From: Diadema antillarum
Lineage: Eukaryota
Direction: 5' to 3'
Assembly (NCBI RefSeq): GCF_040938485.1
Contig: NW_027271814.1
Span: 744,001-800,429 of the forward strand
Length of the DNA stretch: 56,429 bases
A program made the translations under genes and the position numbers. Positions 1 through 13,070 of this stretch are shown one piece after another. Below the pieces are notes generated by a model that was not told the origin of the DNA, did not search any database, and worked only from the letters and a program-made list of their open reading frames with translations. Within the stretch, counting starts at the first letter, position 1. Each line of letters opens with the position of its first letter.

Positions 1-2639
1 AATATAAAACTTGTCGTAAAACCACCCAAAATAAAAAAGAACAAATGTTAACTCTGATATATCTTGGTATGGGAACATGCTTTTACTTGTATTAGTGAAG
101 AATAATAATTTTTCCAAATTTTATATAAACAAACATTTAAAATTGTGAGGGTTTGACGTAACACTCATTTGAACATTCATAAGGACTGGTCAGGAAATGT
201 TTTCTGAATAAATGTGAGATATAAAAATGCCATATCTTCTTTATTTTTTATCTGACTTTTGTCATTTTTGTATCATCCTGTAGGGAATATTTTTCTCTTT
301 CTCTTGAAGTTTATTTGTTTTCTGGAAGGATTTCTTCTTCAGTGTCTGGGTTTGTGATATTAAAGATTGCATTTTATCAATTCTCTGTTTTATGCGGTGG
401 ACAGAAATTGCAAGAATAAAGATTGAAAAAAAAAAAAACCCTGCAGAAACTGCCAGGATTCCATGTGGCCATCTTTCTCAATCACTTCTCAAATATTACA
501 CTGTATCGCTTTATGTCAAATCCTTCTTTTATAGACTTCTAGTGCAGACAAAAATATTGATATAGAGTGCTATTGAAGGTACAGTCTATATGTTTGCATT
601 ATGAACCAAAAAGCAGAGAAAGTATCTGAATTAACCTGTTAGTGGAGAAAAAGTGTCATTGAGGTCAGTTTGATGGGGAATGGTATCAGCGTGTTACATT
701 TTTGGGTTGTTGTTTTTTTGTGTGAGGAAATATGTAGGTTGAAAGTGAAGCTTTTGTCACCACCAGCTCAGCTGTACGCAGATTGTTATTAAAATTTTCC
801 ATTTTCCACTACAACCCGACCCACAGTTTGTATATATTGCCCCCTTCAGACCGTGTCAGTGACCCGCCACCAGAATATCGCCCACACAATATGAGCAGAA
901 GAGTTCCTTTTTCTTGGAAGTGGGAGAGAGATTAATGACTGGATGACCACATTTATTGCATGAAGCTTACATTGTACAGTGATAGTTTGCTCCATCTATC
1001 CTAGTTTTTATAGCCCATGAAAAGTTTTTTATGCATTGACAGTATTAGTAAAAAAAGAAAATGATATATGTCTGGATCACTTTAAATAGTACACATCTGT
1101 ATGACAGTGGCAATTTCTTATCTTTTACGACTGCATTCATACATCACACATTTTTGTTTCATTGGTGATTGCCTTATCATGTTTTTAGCCTAATTATGTA
1201 TTTTCCTGCTGCCTTTCTTGTTTACTTCACCGAAACTTGTGGATTTAAAGTTAAACTCTTCAGCAGTTACAAGGTGACTTTTATAGATAATGTGAAATGA
1301 GACAAAAAATGGAAGATGTTTATCGCAATCAAAAGTCACATTTTTTTTTTTTTTTTAGGAACAGTGAGCAGTGGATGCAAATTGAAGGAAGTGACAATGA
1401 CATTACCTCAGAAGTTTACCTTTTACCTGTAGGCCTTACATAAATCTTCATGAATTTCCTATTTTTACATAAAATCAAAATTAAGAGTATAATAAGTAGG
1501 CCCCTCACATCATAGCTTTGTAGCTGTGTGGTAACCTACAGCAACTTTGAGATGGGGAGGTGTTGTAGTTGCCTAATTATTGACCCCGCAACATTTTTTC
1601 AAATTATTTTTGTTTAATACTTATGATTTTTAAAATTTGTATGTGTTTATATTATATTTATGTGTACAAAGCAATTGAGAGATGTGAGATGCTGACATCA
1701 TTGCCCCTAATTTGCATTATATGCAAATTACAATGATATTTTTATTTGATGAATACACGGGAAATTGATATTCCATCCCCTTTTCACTTTCTGTCCAATC
1801 TTCAGAAAACCTGTATGATTTGATTCATCTGCTTCTACTGTATTTTTATCAAAGTCAGTAATATCGTGGTACAGATTATAGGGCCTACTAGTTTACAGTT
1901 TATTTGTCTTTATCTGCATTGCCATCGTTTCAGGGAGGTTCTTTGTAGTATTTGTGCTCCGTAGCTTCTCAAATCACCGAAAATTTAGGTAGTGAGTGTC
2001 ACCAAAATGATGTAGACACCACTGAACTACAGAATCAAAAGAATTTTCCTTCTTAAGAGCATACAATTTACGTGTTGCATTGTAAAACTTTGCTGTGTAT
2101 TGCGGCATATGAGGGTTTTCAAGTGCTTATGTCATTGCAGAGCAGAATTTCCCGCGAGGAGAAGAAATTCTTTACCCGTTCAAGTGACGTCAGGGATGTG
2201 ATCAACAGCAGAATGAAATTTGTGACCTTTTCCATCCATTTTCCAGCTGGATTAATAATCCCATTCTGACAATTGCTGGCATTCTTTGTGCCCGTGCACA
2301 CCCCTCCCTCCCCCCCCCCCCCCCAACTTCCCTTCCCCATCCACCAAGTTCCACATGGGAAGAAAGACGATATGATATTAATGCCATAGCATTCAACGTA
2401 GTCTCCCTTTCCGTGCCAAAGAAAATTCAATTTAACCAGCAGATTTTAACTTTTTAGACGAGAATCCTTTTGGGGGTCTTTTACTTTTTTTCTCTGAATC
2501 TGTTTGTGATGGGATTGGGAGTGAAGGAAGAGAGTATGTATGCATGTGTTTGTCTGTCTTTCTTTCTGTCTATAACTTTGAGGCCATCACAGCCGCTTTC
2601 ACCATGTCTGCAGCAATTCTTCCCGTCGGTCAGGTGGCA

Positions 2640-2720
2640 TGACGCCTACATCAGTCGTGATGTCATGATTTCGTCACGGCGATTGAGTCAATAGGATGCA
2701 CCCCCGTCTGAAATGCGTCA
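2640..2720. promoter_or_regulatory. Candidate enhancer or promoter: dense bZIP (CRE/AP-1-like) motif cluster in a CpG-rich island
   Basis: tgacgc 2640, tgatgtca 2658, cgtca 2672, tgagtca 2684, tgcgtca 2714. Followed by a CpG-rich then GA-rich tract. Confidence 0.4.
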
Positions 2721-3014
2721 TCCGCCGCAGCCGAGGAAAGGGAGCGAGGATGATAAGGGGTTGAGGGGAAACGGGAAGAGAAACCGAGGGTGGCGCGAAG
2801 AGTGCGCAAAGGAGAGAGAGAGAGAGGGAGGGAGTAAGGGGGAGAGAGCATGCAGACATGTGCAGGAGATGTTGTTAGGGGGACAGTGTCTGGCCTCCCA
2901 AGTTTCCGCCTTGTGCTGAAACTGATAGTATTAGAAGGGTCAATAGTAAGGAATATATTTACAGCATGATTTTACCATATGGCTTGTGGTTTCTCTCACA
3001 CTCTGTTTCACAAT

Positions 3015-3356
3015 AGTTATGTTCAGACGACAAACCCTAACTTCGAGGTTAGGAAACCTCGAGGTTAAGCTCTTGCCCCCTAACTACGACGTGTGGACAA
3101 AACGAATCTTAACCTCGAGGTTACGAAACCTCGAGGTCAAATTCCTGCCCCTTTGAGTGCGTTGATTTTTGTGTCCACACGGTGCTTAACTACGAGTGAG
3201 GACCCCTGCGGCTTGTGGTTAGAGCACTAACCATAAGATTTCTTGTGGCTCTTAACACTGAGTAAACCTCGAGGTTAGCTAACTACGAGTGCGTCTTCAC
3301 GGTCCCTAACTACAAGCTCTAACCTCGAGGTTAAGGCTTGTCGTCTGAACGTAACT
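3015..3356. mobile_element. PIF/Harbinger-like MITE (342 bp) with reiterated palindrome AACCTCGAGGTT
   Basis: TIRs agttatgttcagacgacaa...ttgtcgtctgaacgtaact, 3-bp AAT flanking both ends, six exact or near-exact copies of aacctcgaggtt, four of taactac. Confidence 0.75.
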
Positions 3357-5798
3357 AATCTGTTACCATTTCAGTCCAGATCCAGCCACCCAGGTTAACC
3401 ATCTGATCCCTTCCTCAGAGTCCCCCACCCCCACCCCATTTTTCTAGTATCTCCTACCTCTCCCACTCTTCCCTCTCAGTTCTCCCCGCCCCCTCCCTTG
3501 CATACAGCTTCCCCATCCATTCCCCCATCTGCACCAATTACTGGCTATGTCTCAAAGGTGCTGTGTAGTTGATGGATCTATTGTCTGGTATTAATATATA
3601 GCGAGATCCCAGCTTTCACGCACTTGATTGCCGCCCTCAAAAGCTGCCTGTTTGGCCAGAGATTGCAAATAGTGGTGTTGACAGCGCCCCTCCTTCCCGT
3701 ACCACCACCACCATCACTACCGCTCGTGGCACTTCATCAGGCTCAAGGCTCAAGTCCATATTTGCACTGGGACATCGGGGAATGGCCATACGCATAAATT
3801 GTTTGTTTGATATGAGATTGCACGTGGGTTGATTCCATTCAGACAAAAAGGCCTTAATTGTTGGGAAAGAAATAGCCTGGAGTGTATCGTTGCCTTGGTA
3901 CTGATACTATGACAGGGTAATTGCAGTTAAAATAGCAGCACAAGTAAGAAACACCCACACTTCAAGTTTTCTCCTTTTTTCCTCTAAAATCAGATGAGTG
4001 TGAGGTAAGCAACAAATGTTTCCTCACACAGTCAACTTCTATTTTAAGCTATTCCTATTTCTGACACGGAAGAAGGATTTTTTTTTTCTGTTGCAGATTT
4101 TAAGGAATTATTTCCCTGCAATATGTATTAACATTGTTCCTTTTCCTCTTCCAGGAAGTGTAGCAGCACATTTCTGCTGAACAAATTTGTTACTTTTTTT
4201 TTTTTGATGACACAAAGCCAATATTCCTTTTTGAATGCAGTTTAACACTTTAGGATCAAGTCAAATATTTGTTTGTTGTAAGAGACGTCATGATAAATAA
4301 GAGTTATTTGTATCAAATTTTTAAATGCATAATGATGTATTCACCATTACGTACAACAGTATTCCTTCCCCCTTTGTCCAATCATGGCTCCCAATGTGAT
4401 CTCTTGCAGGGGGGGGGGGGGGGATTCATTTCTACCCATGCATTTAAGAATATGACAATGTGAGGTTAATCATTGATTGGTCTTTAATGGATACCAATGT
4501 ACATTCACATGGAAGATGTAGACAGTCTCATTCAAACATACATGTTTGCCCTCGCTGAAGTGTTTAGAATCTGGCAGGGAAATGAGTGATCATTATTTTC
4601 TTTTTTTTTTCCCCTAAGATGTGCATGGTACAGTGGACATAGCAAGACATCTATTATAAACATCACTGATTTTAATAAGTTATGTCAGTGGTTCACAAAT
4701 TACACTTGGTATAATGTTTTTGGCAGAGTTGACTGTTCTGCTGTACCAGGATGGAAACCAAGTGGGCAATAACAAAATTATTGATTGGTCAATAATGTTG
4801 ATGATCAAAATTGGGCAATAAAGAATACAAATTGCCCTGCTCAGGTATCAGATATAAGCTACAATGTACATAATGCTACATTTACACCACATTATTCCTC
4901 ACAGCCATGGTAGCCCTGTTTGCACAAAATGCAGCGCACCATGGGAAGGTGAGATATTCTCTCTTTTTGTTTCCCTCCGTATTTCAGTTGTTTTCGTTCC
5001 AGTCCTCACTTCAGTATTATGTAGCAATGAGATGCCGTTTTCATGCATGGCATCTGGTCAGGCTAGACTACACATATTTCCTGTTGCATCCCGCTACAGA
5101 TCATGATCTTCAAGTCAAAAGAGACCTGCCTAGGTTGGCTAGGACCCACCTGAAATAGAGTAGCTACTGTAGCCATATATCCATCGTATCCCTGACCAGA
5201 TATATTAAGATTCTATATTACATACTCCTGATAGGTATCGTGGCATATTCCCAAACTTATGCTAGGTGCATAGGAAGGATATGATCCAACGTGACAGCAA
5301 GCAATTATGATATCTTGTCTCAGGAGCCACATCAGCGACAGGAAAGGGGGGATTTTATGGGCTTTCCGGCCGCAACCAAGGGGAGAAAACAGTGTGGGGA
5401 CAGAAGAGAAAGCTTGACATCTAATACCAGAGTGTAATGTGATAAGCTTCATCAGCTTCTGAGTGAGCGAGGATGCGAGGCAGTTTGGTTTAAAAAAGTT
5501 TCATTTTCGGGAAAAATTTGGCTCGTTGACGGAGAGAGAAAAAGATGTCACCAACAGCAGCGGACGACACTTGATGTCTTAATGACAGTGGATCAAATTT
5601 CGGAGGGTTCTCGTGTCTGTGCAATTCAGCCATGAAGTTTCCTGTTATAATATTCTGATTTGTATACCTCTTAATCTGTGAGTCATATGTTTAGTCTCTG
5701 CATGGTAAAGTGCGGGAGCTGTGATCCAGTAAGGTTTTCCTTTTTCAGAAACTGAGTCATCACCTGGTTGGGGTGGGGTGGGGAGAGAAGAATCATAA

Positions 5799-5812
5799 GT
5801 TGCCATAGCAAC
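5799..5812. promoter_or_regulatory. Consensus RFX X-box-type motif GTTGCCATAGCAAC
   Basis: Exact match to the 14-bp GTTRCCATRGYAAC form, outside any repeat I recognise, next to a CpG-rich segment and two TGAGTCA sites (5679, 5753). Confidence 0.5.
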
Positions 5813-6262
5813 CATCTCATATTTGAGATTTGATATATCAGATGACTTTTACTGTAGTACAGCAGTTGAGTTACCCTCTGCTTTATTTGACAAGACTAGA
5901 AAGTGCAAGGACAATTAAAACATCATACCCCTCTTAAATTCTAAAGTAAATTTTGAAACTTTATTTGGACCTCAACTGACTGGTACGATTTCTGCAATTA
6001 CATGCTTTTATTTGAGGCATCTCTAGAATTAATGCAGTTCCTTATCTCACATTTATTATGCACATGTTACATCAGCCATATAACTTTGAAGGGGGCGTGG
6101 TGCAGATACGGAAAGGTGCATTTCAGACCACCATGTGCACTGATACTCCATCAATACGTCTGTGTATGTGTCGTGTTTATATGTACAGTGTACATCTCAG
6201 TGGTCTGTTATGGGAAAAATTCGTGCAAAAAACGAGGGGAATATCACAGAGTTTGAAATCTT

Positions 6263-6355
6263 TTAAACCATCTAAGACAAGTCCAGAGTATACCTGGGCA
6301 GATGTTGGTGGGAAATGCGAGTTACAGCAAAATCAGCCTGTCCTCGATGGGAAAA
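6263..6355 (+). mobile_element. About 93-bp TTAA-flanked piggyBac-like mini-MITE, degenerate copy
   Basis: Similar to copies at 24859, 38180 and 53154 (gagtatac...gggaaatgc...agcaaaatca...tcctc). Confidence 0.6.
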
Positions 6356-7329
6356 TGTTGTTATACCTCAAAGTTGAGAATCCAGGAGAGGGAATTGGTA
6401 TTCGTGCATCCCTTGTCCCTCCTGGCCACTTGGATGGGGCATTACTGAGGGCAGTGGCTGCCCCTCCAAGGAAGCCATTCTTTGAGTCACTCCGACAGAA
6501 ATACAGCTGACCCGCCGCTCAACTCCCCCTGCATGCTGAAGCTAGTCTGGTGACTGCAGACCCTTGATAGTTTCACGTCTCTTATCTGGCAGCGATGCGT
6601 GGAATTTTGAGTACCCCCCTTTTAAGTCTGTGTATTACATTTGTGCAATAGACTGGGTTGCAAACATATTCAAATTCATCTAAGGATGTTTCTTCCATCC
6701 TGACCTAATAATGAGCTACAATTCTATCAACCTGTACATGTACCTCAAAACTCTTGTCAATACATGAAATCCAGTTTGCATACATCACTTGTTGCTATGT
6801 TAGGTAAACCTTGGGCAAGCTTTTCAGGCTGTTAAGAAGAACCATTGTCTGAAAGGCATGCCTACAATTTGAGTATGTTCGTACACTGGTCTTTTGAAGT
6901 GCTGTAGAGATTATACCACCTTGATTAAATGCAAGGGGAGTGGGTGAATTTGGTTTATTGTGAGATGCATGCTGTACAATCCAATCCCTTGGCCATAAAT
7001 CTTGAGAAAGATTTAGAGACGTTGAGTAAATAAAGCTAAAGAACACACCTGGTTATGCATTGGATGCCAAACTTGATACATTGTAGGTAGACTTGACGTT
7101 GAGTAGACAGTCACTGATCCTTTTGATGTTGGCCCAGTGGCGATCTATGCAAGATATGAATGTAATGTCTGGAGTCCTGACTTTCCCAGCCTGGTGTTCA
7201 GACATTGATGTCACTGCCCCCATTCCTGTTTTTATATGCTAACACTTCAGTCATACCTATCAGAATATACCATTTCACTAGTTCTCATGCATCAAGAAAT
7301 GAAGATTAAGTACCTTTGTAAATAAATTT

Positions 7330-7590
7330 TGGTAGACTAGAATTACTTTAAATCTAATTGTTGACTTGCATCTTGAAAAAAAAAAGAGTCATAATCAGTT
7401 TTGATTTAATTCTGAAAGTGGTTTTATTGCAGCTGTTGACTTACAGCATGAAAAGGTGAATTTTGTTGATAATCAGTTTAGAATTCAATTCTGAAAGTGA
7501 TTTTAATGTAAATGTTTACTTGCAGAAAGAAATAGAATTCTTTTCCGTAATCAATTTAGAATTAAATTCTTAAAGTGACTTTAATGCGTA
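7330..7590. repeat. Diverged 78-bp minisatellite, about 3 copies
   Basis: (a/g)taatca(g/a)ttt..a.tt.aattct.aaagtg..tt.a.tg recurs at 7391, 7469 and 7547. Confidence 0.7.
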
Positions 7591-10500
7591 CAATTGTATA
7601 TCTTTGGAACCCTCTGTGTCTTTGTCACATGATTCAGAAATGAAAATAAATAAAGTTTTACTTAAAAAAAGGGGGAAAATGCACGAGATATGAAGGAAAT
7701 TATGGTGAAGAGTCTGCAACTTTCCTTCGTTTGCTATTAGTGTGGGTCTATCAAATAGAGTTGTTTTAGCCATTGGAACAATTTTTATTTTGACTGAATA
7801 AGTGTGAAGAAGTGTGCAGAATATCATCATCTCAAGTTTAAGAGTCAAAACATGGTGTGTTTTGAAACACTGAAGTATCCAAAGCCTCACATTGTCTTAA
7901 AAGAACTTAACACTGATCAATATTAGCTAGTGTTATGACAATCGATGCCGTGGAGCAGGTAGTGCAAATATTAATGTCTAATCTCTCGTTACTTAGCGGC
8001 GGGCTCCTTCCTGAAAACAAAGACGATGGCCGGGTTGTGTTTGTCACAGTAATGGTCTTCACAGTTTGTTGGCCAGGAAATGTCATGTGATGCTCATAGG
8101 CTGTCATTGATTGATGGACGTACCAGTTCAGACGTTGGCACGCTCAAGTTTTTTATGGCGTCTTTGTGCTGTCATTGTATCATTGTCGTCATGTTCAGTC
8201 TGGTCTCCATAGTGCTAACACTCCCACATTGGCCAAATATAAAATTCTGCCATGAAAGTATTTACAATATTTAATGATGTTAGTACTTTTGCAGATGAAC
8301 CCATCCCACCTGTCTTGTTAAGAAAATATCAGACTTAAATTCTATATTTATATATAATATTCAAAGTCAGCTTCTTGTTTTACAAAGAGAAATGAATGGT
8401 TGTGGTGATATCGTGTATGATATTTTGCTTTGGTTTGTTTTATTTCTTGTTAATTTTTGGGGTTTTGCCATTTCAATGTGCACGTCAAGTCGTGTTGCGA
8501 CATTTTCGTTTGCTATGTGCTTCGCTTTGGCATGAATCAATATAGATCAGCCATTCTTTATTAGCACGAGTGTATCATATCAATTTAGCATCTCAGAATG
8601 TCGTGATTGAACCTCGCATAGGATCATGACGCTTTTCATGCTTAGCGTTACACAATGGGAATGAATACATGTATGCTGCAGAGACTGCAGCCACTTCATG
8701 CTCAGCATTTTAACCTTATAGTGTGAGCAGTCAAGCCTCGTAACTATAAAGGGAGGGGGTGGATGGGAATGATATTTGCTGCTTGAGGGAATACACTTCA
8801 AGCAGCAATCGTTGGCCAAGCAGTTTATTTTTAGAGAATTCAGTAATATCATCTCACTCTCTCCCGATGGCTTGGGGCAATTGTTCGTTGAACATTCATT
8901 CATTTCCCACGCAAACATCCGCCTTTTTTCTTTTTCCCCCGGCTGCAAATTGTGAGACAGAGAAACGTGTAAGTACTAAATCAAATTTGCACACTATTGG
9001 CCACTGTAAAGATTGCTAATAGATAACCTTAAAGACAACTCTCCCAACCCACCCCACCCCAGCATATGGATACAAACAGGTTGTTGAGATGAAAGCATGT
9101 GGAAGAAAAGGAAAAACGTTTGAAGGGGAGAAGAGGAATGGGAGAAAGCTGATTAATTACAGGTCTCAAAGCACCTAGATTGTTGCTCTCAAGGTGGAGA
9201 TATTGTAGCCATTATCGTCATCGTGGTTGTTAGGTGAATTACTTTTCGTAGCTGTGGACAGGCTATATTTAACAAAAACTCACAGAATCAAGAGTGAGAT
9301 CTCGACGAGACAATCGAGGTTGCTGCTTAGCAGTAGTTTGAGGTAAAGTGAGACCTATGGGAGTTTAGCATTCAGGAGAGATTTCAGCTAATTGTCTGTA
9401 GTGACTGAAAAGGCAGTCGAGTATTCTTGATATAATATAAGCTTGCGCACTCTTATTTGTGTTCAAAGCAATTTGAAAATGTTTTTGTATATATTTCCAG
9501 TTGCATTATAGTGTTAGGTATCAATTGATAATATTTTGCAAGTTTGAAATTATGTCAAAAGATGCTGCATCTTAAATTGCCATAACTTTCTCATTTAACA
9601 TTCAATTTTTGAGGAAACATCTGTTATTCTATCGGATTTAAATTCACTCCATTCTGCAATGCCAACTGTAAGAACATGGCATGAAATTCTGCTTTTATAT
9701 TTAAAAAAAAGTGAAAGAAAAAAAGCTGTTACACTGGAAGAACATTTTTGTGAGGGGTGAATGTCAGAGAAAGACAAGTATACTTGAGGGACTTTTCTAC
9801 TCTGGGCTTGCCCACTCCATGTCAGTGGTAAGAGGATTGGTGGAGCCAGGGAGGGCAACTGTCGTGTTGGTTGCCTTTTGAGAAGCGACAAGTAGGCGAG
9901 TGAGGAAGTATTTGTAAGTACCTCAATGGGTGGAATACTTCCTATTGGTTGCATTTGTCCTTTGCCAACTATATCTGTGGCATTGGCAGAGATTTGGCTT
10001 GTGCATTTTTTTTTTCTTTTTTTTTTTGATAAATCCATGCTGTTCCTGTATTCATGAAATGTTCACAGATAATCCATTTCATAGGCTTGTATCAGACTTG
10101 TCCTTTCCTAAAAATAAAAAAAGAAGAAGAAGAAAAAAAAAAGATCACCCTGTACTATGCATACAGTATTTCATGTTTGCTGAATGTCATTGACATTGAT
10201 GAGACATCTTCCCCCCGAGAAAACTGTTAACACTGAATTAATGAAGGATGTGAAGTTACGTTCCATCCGCCAACAGAAATAATGCTTTTTGTGCAAAAAC
10301 TATGTTCACACTGTATTCATAAAGTGTCCGAAGCATTTTGTGTGCCCTTGGTATAGATTAGACTTTTTCACCTTGTGAAAGCCCTTATGTAGCTATTTCA
10401 ACTTGGCTGTTATAGGTTGTTCCTCAGCAAAAGTGCTGCATGTGCTTGTGCATCCCCCTTTTTTCTGTGTGGTTTGTTTACATCTGGCACAGAGTGCGAA

Positions 10501-12334
10501 GTTCCAACACTGCAGCAACAATGTAAGACGCCCGAGTGAGTGTACTGACGCAGAAGGTGCACCAGATGTGATGAACAATAGCGATGATATTTCAATGTAC
10601 GATCAGGGTTCAATGTGGAGTTCAAGTCGGCATAGGGCCGCTGCTCACCGAACGACAGCTCAAAGAGGGCGCCGTATAAAGACCCACTCCCCTAACCATG
10701 ACCCTTGTAAAATGCAAACACCTCGTGTCCCTCCCTCACGATGATATCATCTGAAGTGGAAAGCTGCGGACATTGACTCGGACATTTTTGCTTCTGGGAT
10801 AGAACAAACAAGAGGAGAGATCTGCAGCATGATGGGCTTTATTTGGGTCCAGAGGAATGCCAAAGTTGTGAACTGGGTCACAGTCTACTTCCAAGGGCGA
10901 CTTTCATGGGTTGTCATTTCATTCTCACTTCATGCACCGTGCTCCGTTAAAGAGTCCTAGATTTGGTCCATTGATGGGAATGAGTACAGACTATTTTTCG
11001 GAAGCTCTCGGAGTGAAATTTCACATATTTCAGTTCTTTTCTCCTAATGTATGACAGTGTCCATGAATGAAGAAGTTGCAAAAGTGACGTGAAAGGACTT
11101 AATTTTTTACTGACAAAGAAGAGTAGAGAGGGAGAGAGAGAAAAAAAGAGAAGTACAACTGTAGAACACTAAAGATCTGGCAGTCTGTCCACTGGGTTCA
11201 CTCATTGTACAAGCAACAATCATTCAACTTTGTATTTCTTTCAGTCTTTTATTTTTTTTGGAGCCTTCGGCAAATTTCTGGCACTTGTTGCTTTACTTCA
11301 TATCCCTGGTGTGTGTGTGGGGGGGGGGACCACATACACAAACTCACACACAAAAACAAAACAATGGACCATGTTTCACTATGTAAATCATTGTAAAGAA
11401 GAGAGGGTATCAAGTAATCATTGTATAACAATTTTCTTTAGATATGACATCTGTAGATCAATGTTTGACTGTTGAGGGCTTGAAAATATAATGCAAAAAT
11501 TTTTTTAACCTTTTATAGTTTGTTTAGTGTGATACCTGTTTTTCACTTTGTGCAATTTGTTCAGTTTCACAAGACTTCCTCACGACCATTTTGCCCTCAC
11601 TCTTTTTCGCCTAAGAGTTTACATGGATTTTTTTTTTTTGTATCATCAAGTTTTTTTTTCTCTTTTTTTTTTGTTTCGTTGGAATGGACAAAATAATGAG
11701 AAGGCTATTATTTGGTAGATTATTGAGCTGTGGACCAGTTCACATTTCTGTAAATGTAGCCAGCAATCCATCTTGTTTTCCTTTCTGTTCTCTGTGGAAA
11801 ACAATTTACAGAGTATCATTTTACATTTCTGCGCGGAAAGGATGCTTACAAGAGTCTTGTTTGGGACATTTCATGGAGAAAACAGGTCAGAGAAATCAGA
11901 ACAGAAGCCCCAAATTCCATGTCACCTTGATGCTACCTTGAAGATTGAATACCTCAAACGAACAGACTTCATAAACCCACCATATAAACCTAATTTCTAT
12001 CCACCTCAGACGGATGTACAATGTATATTTTGTATGTGGGGCATGGTGCATTTCCATGCTGCATGACCTTGTAATGAACACCCAAAACATTTCAGATGTG
12101 TGCATTCGGATTAGGTTGAGGCTTTTATGGGCATGCAAGTACACAGCAAACAACCTCATGCATGTGTGTTGAAGTTCAAAAGGAAAGCCAATCAATGGAA
12201 TGGATTATATTCTCAGCTGCAGTGTATGGGAAATGAACTGTTTTGGCTGGGGCTTGAGTCTTTATGATGGATCACTGCAGGACTTGCAGACTTGTCTGTT
12301 GACAGTGTGGAAATAAACCTTGCAGATTGGCTGT

Positions 12335-13070
12335 AAGAAAAAAAAAGGAGGGTAGGAAGAAGATAGGGAAAAGAAGAAGAAGAAGAAGAAGCAGATTGAC
12401 GAGGAGGAGGATGAATGGAAGAGGAGGAATAGGAGGAAGAAGATAAAGGAAAGGAGGAGGAGAAGAATGAGGCAGATCGGGAAGAAGGATGATGGTTGGA
12501 AGAGGAGGAGCACAAGGAAGAGAAAGGAGGAGGAGGAGGCAGATTAAAAAGGAGGAGATGGAAGAGGAAGATGAAGAAGAGAAGAAAAAGGAGAAGATAA
12601 GGATTAGGAAGGAGGGTGATTTAAAATGGAAGGGATGGAGCAAGAGGAAAAAGAGGAAAAGAAGGAGGAGGCAGATTGGGAAGGAGGATGATGGTGGAAG
12701 GGGAGGAGCAGGAAGAAGGAGAGTGGTAAAAGAAAGAAAAAAGAGGAGAAGAAGGAGGCAGATTAGAAAGGATGATGATGGAAGAGGAAAATGAAGAAGA
12801 GAAGAAAAAGGAGAAGATGTATATTAGGAAGGAGGGTGATTTAAAGTGGAAGGGATAGAGCAAGAGGAAAAAGAGGAAAAGAAGGAGGAGGCAGATTGGG
12901 AAGGAGGATGATGGGTGGAAGGGGAAGAGCAGGAAAAAGGAGAATGGTAAAAGAAAGAAAAAAGAGAAGAAGGAGGCAGATTGGGAAGGAGGATGATGGT
13001 GGAAGGGGATGAGCAGGAGGATGAAAAGGGATAAGAGGAAGAAGAAAAGAGGCAGGGGAGGAAGAAACAG
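12335..13070 (+). repeat. GA-rich polypurine low-complexity tract with internal 220-bp duplication
   Basis: Almost all A/G. ttaggaaggagggtgatttaaa at 12604 and 12824, ggaggcagat-type motif about seven times. Confidence 0.85.

Noticed and set aside
1340-1430. Poly-T plus AG acceptor-like site at 1358
   Set aside because: The poly-T is one of many homopolymer runs, there is no convincing donor, and no FNDC3-like translation.
6058-6510. 150-aa ORF containing KVENPGEGIGIR, loosely like FNDC3 N-terminal VQVNPGEAFTIR
   Set aside because: The ORF runs through a mini-MITE, lacks flanking splice signals, and similarity does not extend beyond a few residues.
10403-10744. 113-aa ORF and possible 30-nt exon 10493-10522
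   Set aside because: No recognisable similarity and a mediocre donor context. It cannot be distinguished from chance without RNA data.
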